A stretch of DNA of 5,763 nt from contig NZ_QEFP02000005.1 of NCBI RefSeq assembly GCF_003086415.1, forward strand, positions 1-5,763, given 5' to 3'. The translations under genes were made by a program, and so were the position numbers. Within the stretch, counting starts at the first letter, position 1. Each line of letters opens with the position of its first letter. Shown piece after piece: positions 5,695-5,763 of the stretch. The notes below the pieces were generated by a model. That model was given only the letters and a program-made list of their open reading frames with translations, did not search any database and had not been told where the DNA came from. Source of the DNA: Candidatus Nanobsidianus stetteri (lineage in GTDB: Archaea; Nanobdellota; Nanobdellia; Nanobdellales; Nanobdellaceae).

Positions 5695-5763
5695 TTTTGA
5701 AGATGGTGGTATGCTTTCTGAAGGGATTTACAGTGTTGAATATGATATTTTAAATGAAGGTGG
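5695..5763. repeat. Right arm of the terminal inverted repeat pair (IR-R)
   Basis: Reverse complement of 1-69 (67/69 identity, with 5709-5763 perfect). It lies in an outward-reading plus-strand frame. Confidence 0.97.
5711..5763 (+). CDS. Headless or short-form copy of the IR-encoded coding segment; the ORF runs off the right edge
   Basis: The plus-strand frame opens after TAA 5666-5668 and reads DRSLLAYVSFEDGGMLSEGIYSVEYDILNEGG to the window end. The only start codon is ATG 5711, which is equivalent to the internal Met81 of the left ORF. Residues from FEDG onward match the left ORF, with one Ser/Gly change and one synonymous TTC/TTT change. Confidence 0.4.
   Translation, partial: MLSEGIYSVEYDILNEG

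Noticed and set aside
1-5763. A complete small linear replicon or virus genome with terminal inverted repeats
   Set aside because: Open reading frames run through both termini without stop codons (293..1 on minus, 5669..5763 on plus). The sequence therefore continues beyond both ends. No replication or capsid-like gene is recognisable.
1-5763. A circular-contig assembly overlap explaining the identical ends
   Set aside because: Circular overlaps give direct terminal repeats. These ends are inverted (reverse-complementary).
1-5763. An autonomous IS element or transposon defined by the terminal inverted repeats
   Set aside because: No ORF shows transposase-like motifs. The repeats are in-frame coding sequence rather than non-coding ends. 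Target-site duplications cannot be assessed because the window ends at the repeats. A non-autonomous cassette remains possible and is covered under finding 1.
1-5763. A CRISPR array, rRNA genes or tRNA genes
   Set aside because: There are no regularly spaced repeats of 24-37 bp. Apart from the terminal inverted pair (1-69 / 5695-5763), the only repeats seen are short: the 2 x 22-bp tandem at 407-450, the 11-bp pair at 733/757, and the TTGATGA motifs. There is no extended GC-rich structured segment.

Overview
This is AT-rich DNA, roughly one-third GC or less by eye. The coding style looks crenarchaeal and Sulfolobales-like. Proteins are rich in Lys, Ile, Glu and Asn. Almost every start codon lies about 26-31 bp downstream of an A/T-rich TATA-like box and has no Shine-Dalgarno sequence, which suggests leaderless mRNAs. 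The dominant structural feature is that the window begins and ends with the same sequence in inverted orientation. Positions 1-55 are a perfect reverse complement of 5709-5763, and identity extends to 1-69 / 5695-5763 with 2 mismatches. Both arms lie inside reading frames that run outward off the window. The left arm belongs to an open-ended minus-strand ORF (293..1, absent from the supplied ORF track). That ORF has its own ATG, a 75-aa unique N-terminus and a promoter, all inside the window. The right arm is a headless copy of the same 23 codons on the plus strand. Between the arms lie six credible genes. These are a 76-aa protein with an HTH-like motif; a 217-aa wHTH-like protein; a 632/633-aa polytopic-membrane Hanks-type Ser/Thr kinase with two internal beta-rich repeats; a 186-aa membrane protein; and a two-gene minus-strand unit (253 aa and 246 aa) with no function I can recognise. 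I see no rRNA, tRNA, CRISPR array, transposase or recombinase. My leading hypothesis is an IR-bounded invertible (shufflon-like) or mobile cassette of about 5.6 kb. Inversion would move a promoter plus N-terminal module between two alternative outward-facing gene bodies. This needs flanking sequence and read-level evidence to test. Secondary observations are a GC-rich island of CUGA/UGAUGA boxes (C/D-box-sRNA-like) just upstream of the kinase promoter, and a 22-bp tandem duplication across a stop codon. There is also a symmetric bidirectional TATA next to the right arm, and two ORFs that share a frame across a single TAA. All functional calls rest on motifs read by eye. No database search was possible.
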